Shown piece after piece: positions 1 to 11,846 of a DNA stretch of 64,000 nt (its first letter is position 1; each line of letters starts with the position of its first letter). This DNA is from Batkoa obscura (lineage: Eukaryota), in the NCBI GenBank assembly GCA_030770535.1, contig JASVEC010000010.1:1178001-1242000 (forward strand), written 5' to 3'. Both the position numbers and the translations under genes were made by a program. The notes under the pieces were generated by a model. That model did not search any database. It was not told the DNA's origin and worked only from the letters and a program-made list of their open reading frames with translations.

Positions 1-1
1 A

Positions 2-2071
2 ATAAATAAATTAAATGGAACAATTGAAGAAGTTCCCAGCTCTACACCCCAAAATTATAAAGAGCTAATGATGCGTTGCCAACACCCCGATCCAATAATT
101 CGTCCATTTGCAGATGAAGTTGCTTATCTTATTAAAAGTTGGACTACAGCATATGATACACATATCCAGGATGTAGACGCATTGGATTTAGGAACTATAT
201 TTGGTACCAAATTTTATGAAACCAGTTTAGCTTCAACAGTAATGGTAAGTAAATATGATCCAATTGATGAAGAGAAATTCGAGAGTTTATTAAATGAATA
301 TGAGACTTATAAAAGAGAAAGCAGTAGGCAACAAGTAGTTAGTATGCTTAAAATGAGAATCGAGAGTGATAGTTTAGGCAAATTTTACATGGTTGTTGGC
401 ACAATTTATTATGAAGGTGCAAGGCTATCTAGAAATTACAACAAAAGTTTATTTTATTATAAAAAATCAGCAGAATTAAAAAACTTAGAAGGTATTACAC
501 GTTTGGGTATCATGTATAAGCATGGGTATGGAATTGAGCAACCTGACCTTGATGGTGCTTTTGAGTTGTTTACTATGGCTGCTAAAAATGGCTCTGCAGC
601 TGCTCAATATTCTTTAGGAGAATGTTATTCTCTAGGGTTAGGGACATCTCAGGATATACCAAAGGCAGTTTATTACTTTAGACAATCTGCTGCTCAAGAG
701 TTCCCTCAAGCATTGTATATGTTAGGTCATTACTATTACAATGGAGAAGTAGTTGAAACAAACTATAGTGAAGCTTTTAGACTATATAAAAAAGCCGGTG
801 ATAAAGGTCACGGTGATGCTCAATTTTCATTAGGGATCATGTATAAGCATGGTATTGGGTTAGATACTAATGACGAAGAAGCTTTGCGTTGGTTTCGAAA
901 AGCAGCAATCCAAGGTCATTCAAGAGCACAAAATAATACAGGATCCTGTTATTATTTTGGTATCGGAACTGCTAAAGATTTACTAGAAGCAGCAGGGTGG
1001 TATCGTAAATCAGCAATGCAAGGAAACCCTTCCGCACAATACAATTTAGCAGAATGTTATTCTAATGGTCATGGTGTAGAACAAAATCCTAAAGAAGCTT
1101 TCATATGGTTGAATAAGTCAGCAGAACAAGGTCATTCTGGAGCCCAATTGCAATTAGGAATGTGTTATTTTACTGGAGTAGCAATAGATAAAGATTATGA
1201 TAAAGCAATTAAATATTTCAAACTAGCAGCTGATCAAAATAATCCAGTGGCGCAGTCTTCTTTAGCTCAATGTTATTTAAGAGGCCAAGGAACTAATATT
1301 GATAATGAATTAGGATTTAACTATTCTAAATTAGCTTCTGAGGCTGGACAAGTGGAGGGTATGCATCAATTAGCTTGTTGTTATTTTAATGGTGTTGGTA
1401 CGATGAAAGATTTTGACAAAGCTTTCTATTGGTTTAAAGAAGCTCACGATAAAGGCCACAAGCTATCCGGCATGGCTTTAGCTACTTGTTATAAAGATGG
1501 ATTGGGGACTGCCCCTTCTGATGAGTTAAGTTTTAAATGTTACCTAGAGCTATCTGAATCTGGTGACTCTGATGCCCAATCTAATGTAGGTTCCTGTTAT
1601 CTTTTAGGGAAAGGGGTAGCCATGGATCTAGAGAAAGCCATTTATTATTTTAATTTAGCAGTCGAAAGAAATAACCCAAGTGGCTTAGTAAATTTAGCTC
1701 AATGCTACCAGAATGGTAATGGGGTGGAAAAGGATGAAGCTAAAGCAGTGGAATTATATACTAAAGCAGCGGATCAAGGTTCACTTATTTCAATGTTTAA
1801 TTTAGCAGTATCCTATGAAAGAGGTGATGGGTTATTTTATAAAGATATGCAAGGGGCAATGAGATATTATGAAATGGCAGCAAACAAAGGTTTTTTACCA
1901 GCTCAAGAAAGATTAACACAATTGAAACTAATCATGCAAAAAGTTCGAGGTAAAAATTCAAATTTATCCAAATCTCAAATGGAATCAACCCTTGGATCTA
2001 CTCTTATGAATTCTCAGCTCCCTAACTCAGTTAATAAGGAAGAAACCAAAAAATCTTGTACAATTATGTAA
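2..2071 (+). CDS. Protein kinase (C-terminal end only) + SEL1-like repeat protein with C-terminal CaaX (CTIM); 5'-truncated by window edge
   Basis: The frame is open from base 2 (INKLNGTIEEVPSSTPQNYKELMMRCQHPDPIIRP), matching kinase subdomain XI of the paralogs at 33083 and 43456. It is followed by many ~36-aa SEL1 repeats (AQYxLGxCYxxGxG...A..W..KSA.QG) and ends KKSCTIM*. Confidence 0.9.
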   Translation: MNKLNGTIEEVPSSTPQNYKELMMRCQHPDPIIRPFADEVAYLIKSWTTAYDTHIQDVDALDLGTIFGTKFYETSLASTVMVSKYDPIDEEKFESLLNEYETYKRESSRQQVVSMLKMRIESDSLGKFYMVVGTIYYEGARLSRNYNKSLFYYKKSAELKNLEGITRLGIMYKHGYGIEQPDLDGAFELFTMAAKNGSAAAQYSLGECYSLGLGTSQDIPKAVYYFRQSAAQEFPQALYMLGHYYYNGEVVETNYSEAFRLYKKAGDKGHGDAQFSLGIMYKHGIGLDTNDEEALRWFRKAAIQGHSRAQNNTGSCYYFGIGTAKDLLEAAGWYRKSAMQGNPSAQYNLAECYSNGHGVEQNPKEAFIWLNKSAEQGHSGAQLQLGMCYFTGVAIDKDYDKAIKYFKLAADQNNPVAQSSLAQCYLRGQGTNIDNELGFNYSKLASEAGQVEGMHQLACCYFNGVGTMKDFDKAFYWFKEAHDKGHKLSGMALATCYKDGLGTAPSDELSFKCYLELSESGDSDAQSNVGSCYLLGKGVAMDLEKAIYYFNLAVERNNPSGLVNLAQCYQNGNGVEKDEAKAVELYTKAADQGSLISMFNLAVSYERGDGLFYKDMQGAMRYYEMAANKGFLPAQERLTQLKLIMQKVRGKNSNLSKSQMESTLGSTLMNSQLPNSVNKEETKKSCTIM

Positions 2072-2677
2072 GAGTTAGATGTTTTGATTATTGCATCAAC
2101 TTTGTTCAGTTTTCTTATTTTGTTTAATTAATTTATAAATAAATTTAAATTTTGTAGTTATTTTGTTTTTAAACATATTTTATATAAGTTAATCTAACCA
2201 ATTTGTTATGTTTTCACTGATAACACTTTTCAAAGCTTTAAATATACTTGCTGTACATATAAAATCAACATGCATTTCGACTTATTATATATTAAACTAC
2301 TGGCAATCAAATCTTTTCTTCTTCTACCATAAAAGAAGCCATCAAACCACAAAAGTGATGGTCGATTGACTTAGTGTAGTTTAAAAACAGCTTTGTAAAT
2401 TATATTGTTTTTTTGGGATGCTAGGTTTATTAATAATATTTTAAAGTTTTACTCAAAAGATAAAATAATTTAAAATGCAATTTAATGTAAAAGAACATAG
2501 AATCAGATAGCTAAACTAAATTTAATTGGTTAATATTTGTCGCGATTCAGACAAATCTTATTTTGATTGGTGCTTATTTACTCAATAAGAATCAGTTTAA
2601 CCCATAAGTTAGAAGTGATTCAAAGGTTAGCTCGAAAAAATTAGTAAAACATAAAGCTTTTTCATTCAAAGTTCGTG

Positions 2678-3145
2678 ATGTATACCATAAAATCCATTCG
2701 TGCCATCTCTAGAGTTGTAAATAGATAATTTAATATAATAGTTAAATAATACTAAATTTTATTTAGCAAGTACGTCATTTCACTAGTCCAACTAAAGTTG
2801 CTCAAGCTGGTAATAAAATTACCTGGAATTAAAATATTTGAAATTAACCTTATTAGATCTTATTAAAGACTTGTTCGTAAAAGAACTCAAAGGTTTTAAA
2901 CCATCAGCTACTGTAATTAAATTATTTATATACAAAAGTTGAAAGTTAACAAACTTTATAGGGTGCCGCCTCAGACATTGCTCCAGCTAAAGAATTTAAA
3001 CTTCCAGTTGCTCCACAAGTAAATAACAAAGTTTATTTTAAAAAATTATACCCTAATCTAGTTTAAATAATAGGCTCCTAAATTCGATGAAGATATCGCT
3101 GCTGATTTAGCCACTTATGACGCTGAAGAAGTTGTTAAGGCTTAA
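2678..3145 (+). CDS. ATP14: Mitochondrial ATP synthase subunit h, 5 exons (not in ORF track)
   Basis: Manual splicing at four short GT-AG introns gives MYTIKSIRAISRV-QVRHFTSPTKVAQAD-LIKDLFVKELKGFKPSAT-GAASDIAPAKEFKLPVAPQ-APKFDEDIAADLATYDAEEVVKA*. It has a presequence-like N-terminus and the subunit-h motif DL++DL+++ELK++KP. Confidence 0.85.
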
Positions 3146-3711
3146 TTATTAAAATCTTTTAATTAAACTTTAGGTTATATTTTTCCATTGATATTTTTGT
3201 TATTTGTTATTCGCTATCAATATGTATTTACTGAAATTATTCGTTTAATCAATAGATATAATTTTAGTTGTTGGATAGGAATGAATTATATTATATTAGT
3301 CAAACAATGTAAGATTAAATAATCATTTTGTAGGTTAACATAACAACTATTTACAAATGATAACATTAAACTTTAGTCAAATTAATTGAGCATTCAGTGG
3401 TGTTATATTTGACTTTTGTTTGAGGGTTAAGAAAAAAACATACGAAATGACCTGGTAACATTAAATCAAATGTAGTGCAAATGACTTTTGACATGGTTGT
3501 TGCTCACCCTTAAGATAATATCCATATCTATATCCAAAGTAATTCTTTTGAAATTATAAGTGCTAATTCACTCAGCAAATAAATCCCTATATTCTTTAAA
3601 AAACATGTTAAATTTATCAAATTTTCAGTTAAAATTAAATATGTCTAAACTAAGATAATAAAATAAATTCTATAAATACACTATTTACTTAACTATTATT
3701 AATAGCAGCGA

Positions 3712-3783
3712 TTCTTCATGGTCCAGTGGTTAGGATTTTCCGCTTTCACCGGAACGGCCGGGGTTCGATTCCCCGTGAGGAAG
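3712..3783 (+). tRNA. tRNA-Glu(TTC)
   Basis: Acceptor stem TTCTTCA/TGAGGAA, anticodon arm TTCCG-CT-TTC-AC-CGGAA, T-loop GGTTCGATTCC. Confidence 0.95.
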
Positions 3784-4099
3784 TGATGTTTATTTTGTTG
3801 GTAAAAAAAATCTAATACCATCGTTTTTTCAAAAATATTTTGATATTTATACTTGAGAATATACTATAAGTCTGACTATGGCTTGGATTGATTTATAGTA
3901 ATTAATCAGAATAGCAAGTTACTCATTTGTAAAGCTAATAATCGACTTTGATTTTTTATAATAGCGTCAAATTGACTTAAAAGTTTTTATACTTTTATTG
4001 AATCTACTAGTAATACTAGAATATTTTAACAGAATAAGCTTTAAACTATGTAAGCAGTATAATAAAAATTTTAACTTTTTTATTTTTTAACAAGTAGAC

Positions 4100-4790
4100 A
4101 TTAAAGATATATAAAATATAAAACTAATAAACTAATAGTTAAAGGTTACTTAACATATATATAAATATTTATTATAACACTAACGACATTGTAATGTTAT
4201 CAAAAGGAAATTGATTTTTCTTAATCAGCTTTTCAAAGTATACTTCAAAGAATTATATAAGTTAAGGCTTGCTATTATAAATAATAGCAAATATTTAAAA
4301 GGAGCTAGGGATGTTATTTTGATTTCATCACTTTTTTCATCTTCTAAGCGCTATTTGAGCGGAAAATTTAGTAAAATTCTTGAACATAAAATACATCTTT
4401 AGCTGTAGAAAAAAATAAAACATTGAAATATCAAGCTTCTTTTTTGCTAGTGAAAATGAAGAAGACTTGACACCGAAAGAAGATCTACCTGAAGTTTGGA
4501 TCTGTAGTAAAAATAATATAGGTAAATGTCGACTGTTGAGCGCATTGTTTAATACTTTTATTGACAGTTCTATTGTAGGTTGACCAAATATCTTGATACT
4601 AATAAGTAATTGGATTTTTTTAAATCAGGTAAAGTGATCTGTTTGTGTGGTATGCTTAGCTATAAGTTTGTTTATTCTAAAGAAAAACTTTTAAAAAGAC
4701 AGAAAAATGTAATTAAAGGGTATTTAAAAGGTAGAAAAGGACTCAGATTAATTTATTTATTACCAACTCTAGAGATAGTAAATTATACAA
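4100..4790 (+). pseudogene. Decayed duplicate of the EngB GTPase gene at 10569, interrupted by a MITE
   Basis: Translated pieces FKELYKLRLAIINNSKYLK, PKEDLPEVWICSKNNIGKCRLLSALFNTFIDSSIV and VIKGYLKGRKGLRLIYLL align to LKKLDELGLGIVKNSKYLK, PKESLPEVGFCGRSNVGKSRLLNALFGTVIGGSIV and VIEGYLKDRKSLKLIYLL. Stops, frameshifts and a degraded P-loop are present. Boundaries are approximate. Confidence 0.85.
4307..4400 (+). mobile_element. ~95-bp MITE copy 1
   Basis: Core TAAGCGCTATTTGAGCGGAAAA, imperfect TIR, perfect AGCT target-site duplication inside the EngB pseudogene. Confidence 0.85.
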
Positions 4791-5223
4791 CATTTCAAAT
4801 TTGTATATGTCCTGGATAGCAATAATTTTTATAACTGATAAATTGTTTTGCTGATTTATACGCTGACTATTGAACTTTATTTTTATATAGACAGTTAATT
4901 GGCGTACATTTCAACTTAAATATCAGGGTCAGTAGTTTTTTGTTTATTTTAAATAATAATGAATTTGTTTTTATTACAGTCGTTATAAATAGTTTCAATA
5001 GTTTATTTATTTGTTTCGAAAGTAAACCTTAAAAATTGTATTTCATTGTTTTTATAATGTTAACTCTTATTATTTTAAAAGTAAACAATTGCTTAATAAA
5101 TAATTGAATAAATGTAGTATACTAAGCAAATATAAATAATTGTTATTTTTCTATGAAGATCAAAAATCAAAAAAAGAACTAACTTATGATAATTTATTTT
5201 ATCATTTTAGATGTTCAAACTTG

Positions 5224-5613
5224 CTAAAGCTCATCATGGTAATCCATAAATTTATCAGTATCAAGCCATAATCTAGTACAACCAACACCTTCTTGTTTTT
5301 TAGACTTGCTCAAGCTATGTTTGTACACTTTCCAACTATCGTTATTATCAACAAGAGCTTTAACTTCACTTGTATTACAGTCAATGATTTGAACACTATA
5401 ATCATCATTTGATCCAAAATAAATCCCATAGCCCTTACCTTCATTGTTATTATCAAATTTTTGGAAACGAGAAGATCCATATTTACTACCGATGTCCTTG
5501 ATGTAACAACCATCATCATGAACGCAAACAGTGGCATAGTGTTTACTTTTACAAGTTACAGTGCTAGTTAAAAGGCAAAATAAGCCGGAAGTAATAGAAG
5601 CTTTATTAAACAT
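5224..5613 (-). CDS. Small signal-peptide, Cys-containing protein ending in ER-retention signal HDEL
   Basis: 129 aa, hydrophobic N-terminus, ends DYHDEL*; clear paralog of 7118..7507. Confidence 0.8.
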   Translation of the reverse strand: MFNKASITSGLFCLLTSTVTCKSKHYATVCVHDDGCYIKDIGSKYGSSRFQKFDNNNEGKGYGIYFGSNDDYSVQIIDCNTSEVKALVDNNDSWKVYKHSLSKSKKQEGVGCTRLWLDTDKFMDYHDEL

Positions 5614-7117
5614 TGTCAGCTAAAATAAAAGATTAAATCAATAGATGACTGGGAATTAAATTTTATTCATTTAAATATACACATACTTTTTATCCCCTAT
5701 TTAATTAAGGATATTATTTGACTTTTTTACATTTTACCACCTATATTAATATTTCTCTAATAGTGCAAAATCTGGAACACAAATAGCCAAATTGGTAGTG
5801 GAATATCATTTTTGATGTTTATTTCTACCATATCAGGCATATACTATTTAGAATATTTCTGGTTTTAGGTCAAAGTGTATAAAAAATGATAAAAAATGAT
5901 AAAAAACATGATTCTAGTCAGATAAGGAGTAAAATAGTAAGCTCGATGGCTTGATTCATTCATTATAAAAAATAAAAATAACTCATTTCATTTAAGTTTT
6001 ATAATATGTTGACAATGAATATTATCAGTAACTTATTATTATAGCTTTAATTTAACTAACTACATGTTCTATGTAGATGTAAATAAACATATATCAAAAT
6101 GTATAATTTTTATTGGTTGGAAAAATACTTGTTAATACGGAGAATGCCAAGCAAGAGAATTAAAACATTTACATGATAATCAAAATAAGAACGCTATAAG
6201 AACATGATTCATTTCATGATGTAATCTGATTTTAATAAAATATTTTTTAATTTTTTCACCATTTTACAATAATTGATTTTATAAAGAGTCTTTTATACTT
6301 TAAACTCTGACTATTCAAATACTTTTTATAATCAAAGGTCAAAGTTCGTATTATCCAAAATTGTGAAAGACCTTTTATATGTTTGTTCTTGCTCTTTGCC
6401 TTGATTTACCTCTTTTTATTATACTGTGTTGATTATATATTTATATGCTATCTGTAAATCGAAATAAAGATTAAAGTTATGAAAGGCTTATAGCTCATGA
6501 TATAACCAATTGCTCCTATATTTTTCTATCATGACATAAAATATTGACTAAAAAGTAATATTCTTTTTTGGTAATCTATATATTAACCGGTATTTTCTTA
6601 ATGAAACCTTTATACTTTCATAAGTTAGTTATTCTTTGTATTATTATACAATATTTAATTGCTTATAGTAAAGCTTTTTTAAGGTCTTATTTAGAGATTT
6701 TCCATTGATATAGCTATACAACTTATATGAACTAGTTTATTTCTATTTATATGTATAATGAATAAATAGGTTTAGTTATCAAGTTTGTTATTACATTCAT
6801 ACCCAGATCAACCCCTCAATCCATACTTTCTTTTATTCTTCTTCAAATATGCTAATCTCATGTTAAAAACACTCTAAATAGTACATGTATGACATTAAAA
6901 TTTGACATCAAAAGTAAGGTTTAATATTAATTCACTCATTTATGTTTCAAATTTGTACCATTACAAATAAAAAAGTCAGCAGATTGGTATGTGTAATAGA
7001 ATATAAAAAAGCCAATATTCTTAATCAAATAAGGGATGAAAAGTTCATATATATTCAAATGAATAGAATTTACTTTTTGTTGAATTTTTAAATTAAAACT
7101 TTTATTTCTCACTAATT

Positions 7118-7507
7118 ATGTTAGATAGGGTTACTCTTATTTCTGTCTTTCTTTATTTTTGGATCAACATAATAGCTTGTAAAAAGGAACATTATGCTAA
7201 TGTTTGTGTTCATAAAGATGACTGTTACATTATTAAAGATACCAGTTCTAAATATGGATTGTCTAACTTGAAATTAGGTGCTACCTTAAAATTCAATGAA
7301 GGGTGCTGCTCATCATCCTTTATTTTCAATAAAGAATATAGTATTAACGTTTTAACTTGTAATGCAAATGAAATCAAGGTTCTTATTGATAACGATGTTA
7401 GTTGGAAGGTATATAAACACAGCTTAAATAAAATTCAAAAACAAGGAGATATTGGTTGTACTAGATTATGGCTGGATACTGATAAGTTAGTAAAATATAA
7501 TGATTAA
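7118..7507 (+). CDS. Small secreted Cys-containing protein, paralog of 5224..5613 lacking HDEL
   Basis: Shares HYAxVCVHxDxCYI, SKYG, SWKVYKHSL and GCTRLWLDTDK with 5224..5613; ends YND*. Confidence 0.8.
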   Translation: MLDRVTLISVFLYFWINIIACKKEHYANVCVHKDDCYIIKDTSSKYGLSNLKLGATLKFNEGCCSSSFIFNKEYSINVLTCNANEIKVLIDNDVSWKVYKHSLNKIQKQGDIGCTRLWLDTDKLVKYND

Positions 7508-8647
7508 CTTTGAGCCATTTGATTCTTTTATGTTAATGAATAAAATTATATGATTTGTTCCTAGTTTTATAAAAATCATCAATGGTTTAATTTTTTTGAC
7601 ATTGGAATGTTAAAGTATTTTGGACTTATAATCTTACCAACTTCTCATACATATCAATATTAGAGTATAATATGACATGTGGGGCTATCTCTTTGAACAC
7701 TATATAATAACACTAAATCTATTTTTGTAATTTAATACAATAACGAAGTTTAAAATGGACACTTAATAAAAGAAGGATAGTAATAAAAGGAGATCTTTAA
7801 ATAAAATGTAAATTAGCTTTCTTTATCAGGTGGACTTGATAGTTTATGTAAAATAGATACTCTATTTTTATATAAAAATAAACTGGTAACCACTAATACT
7901 ATTATCTTTGAATAGACTACTTATAATTTTAAAGATATATAACAAAATTGTTGGTAAAATAAACAAACTATAAATTATAATATTCAATACTAAATAAATT
8001 ATTTTGTGTAATTCGAGCTAATGACATTGATATAGCATAAACTATAGCTACTACAATCACTATCTTTAATTCAACTTTAGTTTCAATTTATCCTTAACAC
8101 TAATGTTGCACTTAATAGTAACCCTAGCCCCAGACTTAGCATTAACATTAACTATGATTTTAGTTTGAACACCAATACTAACTTTAATACTAACTCTGTT
8201 AACAATCCTAATGTTAACCTTGATACAGTTTTGATAATAAAGTAGTACCACTATCAATGCTTAAGTAAAATATAATAATATAATAATATAATAATATAAT
8301 ATTTTCAACATAAAATAGCTCACTATAATAATGAAATATTTTAGTCCATTAGTATGATCCCCAGTTTAATGTCAGTACTTTATTTAACATTTTGTTAATT
8401 TTTAGAATAAAACATTAATTTTAAAAAGGAGCCAATTACTAATTTAACTAGGATCTAAAAAAATTTGTTACTACAAAAATAACTTTTTATATTTTATAAA
8501 TTAACTGAAGTCTATAAACCAAAGTTTGATATTGAAAAAAAGGATAAATCTAAAAAATAAAAAAAGTGATAACTAGGTTTTTTAAAAACAAAGTATAGAT
8601 AAACCTACAATTTTAGATAGTCTCTAATACTTGAAACATAAGAAATT

Positions 8648-10020
8648 ATGTTTTTGTTTTCCTATTACTTCTATTTCATGGTATTCTTCCTTATACCCAT
8701 TCTTCCGCAAGTCTCTAGTTGGATTATCACGAGTAGCACATGTGTAATAATGAATGAAAAGATATACATTAATAGTGACTTTGAAAATTTAAAAAACATG
8801 GGATTATTTACCATTGAATTGAACCAACGATTTCAAACAGATAGCTTTCAACTCAATAATACCCCATTAATTCAAACCAACATCATCCCTAATAATAATA
8901 CGAAATTCTATATTGCCTTTAGAGAAACTCAAAATGGAAATAATTTATACTTCTATGTCAACCAGGGGTTGTAGTATTGTGGCTTATAATCTAATGAGAT
9001 AACAAAGAATAATAATACCATATCACCAGCTATTAGGAATTTTTTTGCTTGGATCACTCACAATGGTTATTTCTGTATTTTTGGTGAGTGTGAAATAAAT
9101 AATAATGAATTAGCAAACGAATGTACAAAATTTAATGTAACCGACTAAAAGTAGTACGCAATGCCGACAGATACTCGATTATTACCTTTAGAGCACTATC
9201 AGAGGGCATTTTCTAATGGCCACTTCTATATATTAGGTAATATGGAGAAGATGGGTATATTAAAAGATTTAAGTGAAATTTACATGTTTGATATAGCTAA
9301 TATAGTATAGGAAGTACAATCAACAAAGAATGGTAATATTTATAAAAGAGCAAAATTCACTCCAATTGCTTATAGAAACTACATCCTTATACAAGATGGT
9401 AGTAACACTCTAAACTCCACTGATCCCAACTATAAATTATATAATAATACGATAGTATTAAACTTAGATACATAGGAATGATGAGAACATGAATTGAATT
9501 TAGGTATTTATAATCCTGCTTATTTTCGTAGAGTCTCTTATTCTGCTTGATTGGTAGGCAATTAATTAGTACAACTTTTGGGTAATAAGGATCTCTTGCA
9601 TCTCAAGTCGAAATTATTGATTTAGATAAGTTCATGATAGTAAAAGAATATATACCACCGCCTAAGACTTTTTGTAATAAATCTTATTTGAGCGATTATG
9701 GGGATAACAGTAATAGTAGAAACAATGATACAGATAGTGTCGATTTAAACTGTAATTCATAAACCTATTTACCCTTAGTGTTAGTGACATGTATTGCTTG
9801 GATTGCTATTACTATTTATTGATATTCAATGGAATTTATTATTTAAAATATAAAAAGAAAAATTAGAAAGGGATATAGAGAAAACAATGATCCTTTTTTA
9901 GAAGCTATTCACTCAAGTATTAAATTTGTTTGGTCGAAAAATGATGGTACGAATTTAAATTATATTCCCAACTCTACAGCCAAGGATAATATATTAAATG
10001 CTAATAGTATTAATAATTGA
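8648..10020 (+). pseudogene. Pseudogene of kelch-repeat single-pass membrane protein (paralog of 19125..20486)
   Basis: Colinear with 19125..20486 over its full length (FAWITHNGYFC, DLSEIY, NTLNSTDPNYKLYNN, WSKNDGTN). About ten in-frame stops and a 1-nt frameshift near 9593. Confidence 0.9.
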
Positions 10021-10568
10021 AGATTGTTAAATGAGGCTGATGTTATTAGATTATTATAATAGTACCGCGATTTTATATCATTCAATACATGACCAATAAT
10101 TCTTAATAAAAAATAAAAGGAGTTTTTACTATATACATTTACATTTACATTTTAGATTGAATTTCCTTGAGGTAAAAATATATAATAATATTGAATCTAA
10201 TCCAGGGATCTATCTAAGGTATAATTTGACATGTGTACAAATATTTTACTCCAAAAAAACTACTATTTTTGATTGATTTTATACTTTTACTATTTTATTA
10301 TTTTGTCACATTTTGTAACTTAGTGAATAGCTATTATCTTTAAAATCAGTGCTATTTATAATAAGAAAGTGGGACATTAGTTTACTCACATCCCAGATCT
10401 AACAATTAATTTCAGGTTTTTTGTCTGAGAATGAGCTGCGAAAATCCCCTAAATACAATTTGCATTAGACTAGCCAATAATGCTTTTATATTGTAATAAA
10501 TAATGAGAAAAATTAACTATTATTGATAGAAAATTCGAGATTTGAAACTTTTATTTTTAATAGATTAG

Positions 10569-11792
10569 ATGTTTAGACTAATTCAAAATATCAAACCAAG
10601 GACTGGATTGATAACTAATAATCATTTAAAATTGATAAAGAGTAATTATGCTACCAATAATAATGTCTCTTTATCCAAAAGAAAACAATTTATGCAAATT
10701 AACTTTTCTCCAATGACTTTGAAAAAGTTAGACGAATTAGGTCTAGGTATCGTCAAAAACAGTAAATATTTAAAAAGTGATCGTCGTAGAAGATACGAAG
10801 AAGATATAGATGAAGTTCCAAGCTTACAATTTTTTGCTGGCGCAAGTGAAAAATTATCAATACCAAAAGAAAGCTTACCAGAAGTTGGATTCTGTGGTAG
10901 AAGTAATGTGGGTAAAAGTAGATTATTGAATGCCCTATTTGGCACAGTTATTGGTGGTTCTATTGTTAGATTTGCTGATCGTCCAGGTGTCACTAAACAG
11001 TTAAATTTTTTCGAGTTGGGGAAACAAATACATTTAGTTGATATGCCAGGTTATGGATTTGCTTATGCGAAAGAAGAAGTTTTAAAGGAATGGAAAGATG
11101 TTATTGAAGGCTATTTAAAAGATAGGAAAAGTCTTAAATTGATTTATTTATTGGTGGATTCTAGACATGGTAAGTTATATAGTAGTGGTACTTTTAGTTT
11201 GTTTTATCTTATTTTCTAGGGTTTAAAGATACTGATAGAGAATTTATGGAACTTTTAAAAAGGTAGCCAGATTTCAAATCGAGTATATATAAAAATATTA
11301 AATCTACTTTTTTATAGATTAGATATTAAATTTCAAGTAGTAATGACAAAATGTGATTTGGTAGTAAGAGAGATATTGGCAAGACGTCATGATGTAATGT
11401 TAAAAGTAATGCTACTTACTAAAATCATTTATAAATACTAACTTTATTAGGAACTTCAAGAGAATTATAAAACAGCAATGGACATTATAATACCAGTCTC
11501 ATCTAGTAAATTAAATGGTATTCCAACTTTAAGAAAAAAATTACTTCATCAAATGGGATATAAATTCGCAAAGAATAAGAGTGAAGAAAAGAGAGCTCAG
11601 ATAGAAAAAGAAAGTAAAGCTAAAAAGCGAATAACAAAGGATAGTAAGGATAGAAATCAAATAGAAAATAGGAATAAAGATAAAATAGAGATCAGTAAAG
11701 TGAATAAAAAAGAAGCAAACAAAGATAAAAAAGAAAAGTATAATTCAAAATTGTCGATAGATCTATTAAAAAATAATATTTATGATGTTTAA
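10569..11792 (+). CDS. engB: EngB/YihA-family GTPase (MRX8/GTPBP8-like, likely mitochondrial), 4 exons
   Basis: G1 GRSNVGKS, G2 PGVT, G3 DMPGYG, and G4 TKCD after splicing three short introns between about 11170 and 11450. This joins ORFs 10569..11219 and 11478..11792. Confidence 0.9.
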
Positions 11793-11846
11793 AACCATAC
11801 TTTTTTTTGAATAATTTTTTTATTAATTTTTACATTTTTACTTTTT

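Noticed and set aside
4211..4819. ORFs 4211..4402 and 4610..4819 as genes
   Set aside because: They are fragments of the EngB pseudogene plus MITE sequence.
8066..8257. Minus-strand ORF with alternating V/I-K/N residues
   Set aside because: It arises from degenerate 6-bp periodic low-complexity DNA; non-ATG start and no other support.
8972..9560. Stop-codon readthrough, alternative genetic code or A-to-I editing rescuing the kelch copy
   Set aside because: Stops replace Q, W and R using all three stop codons, there is a frameshift near 9593, and conserved glycines are lost. Intact genes use the standard stops.
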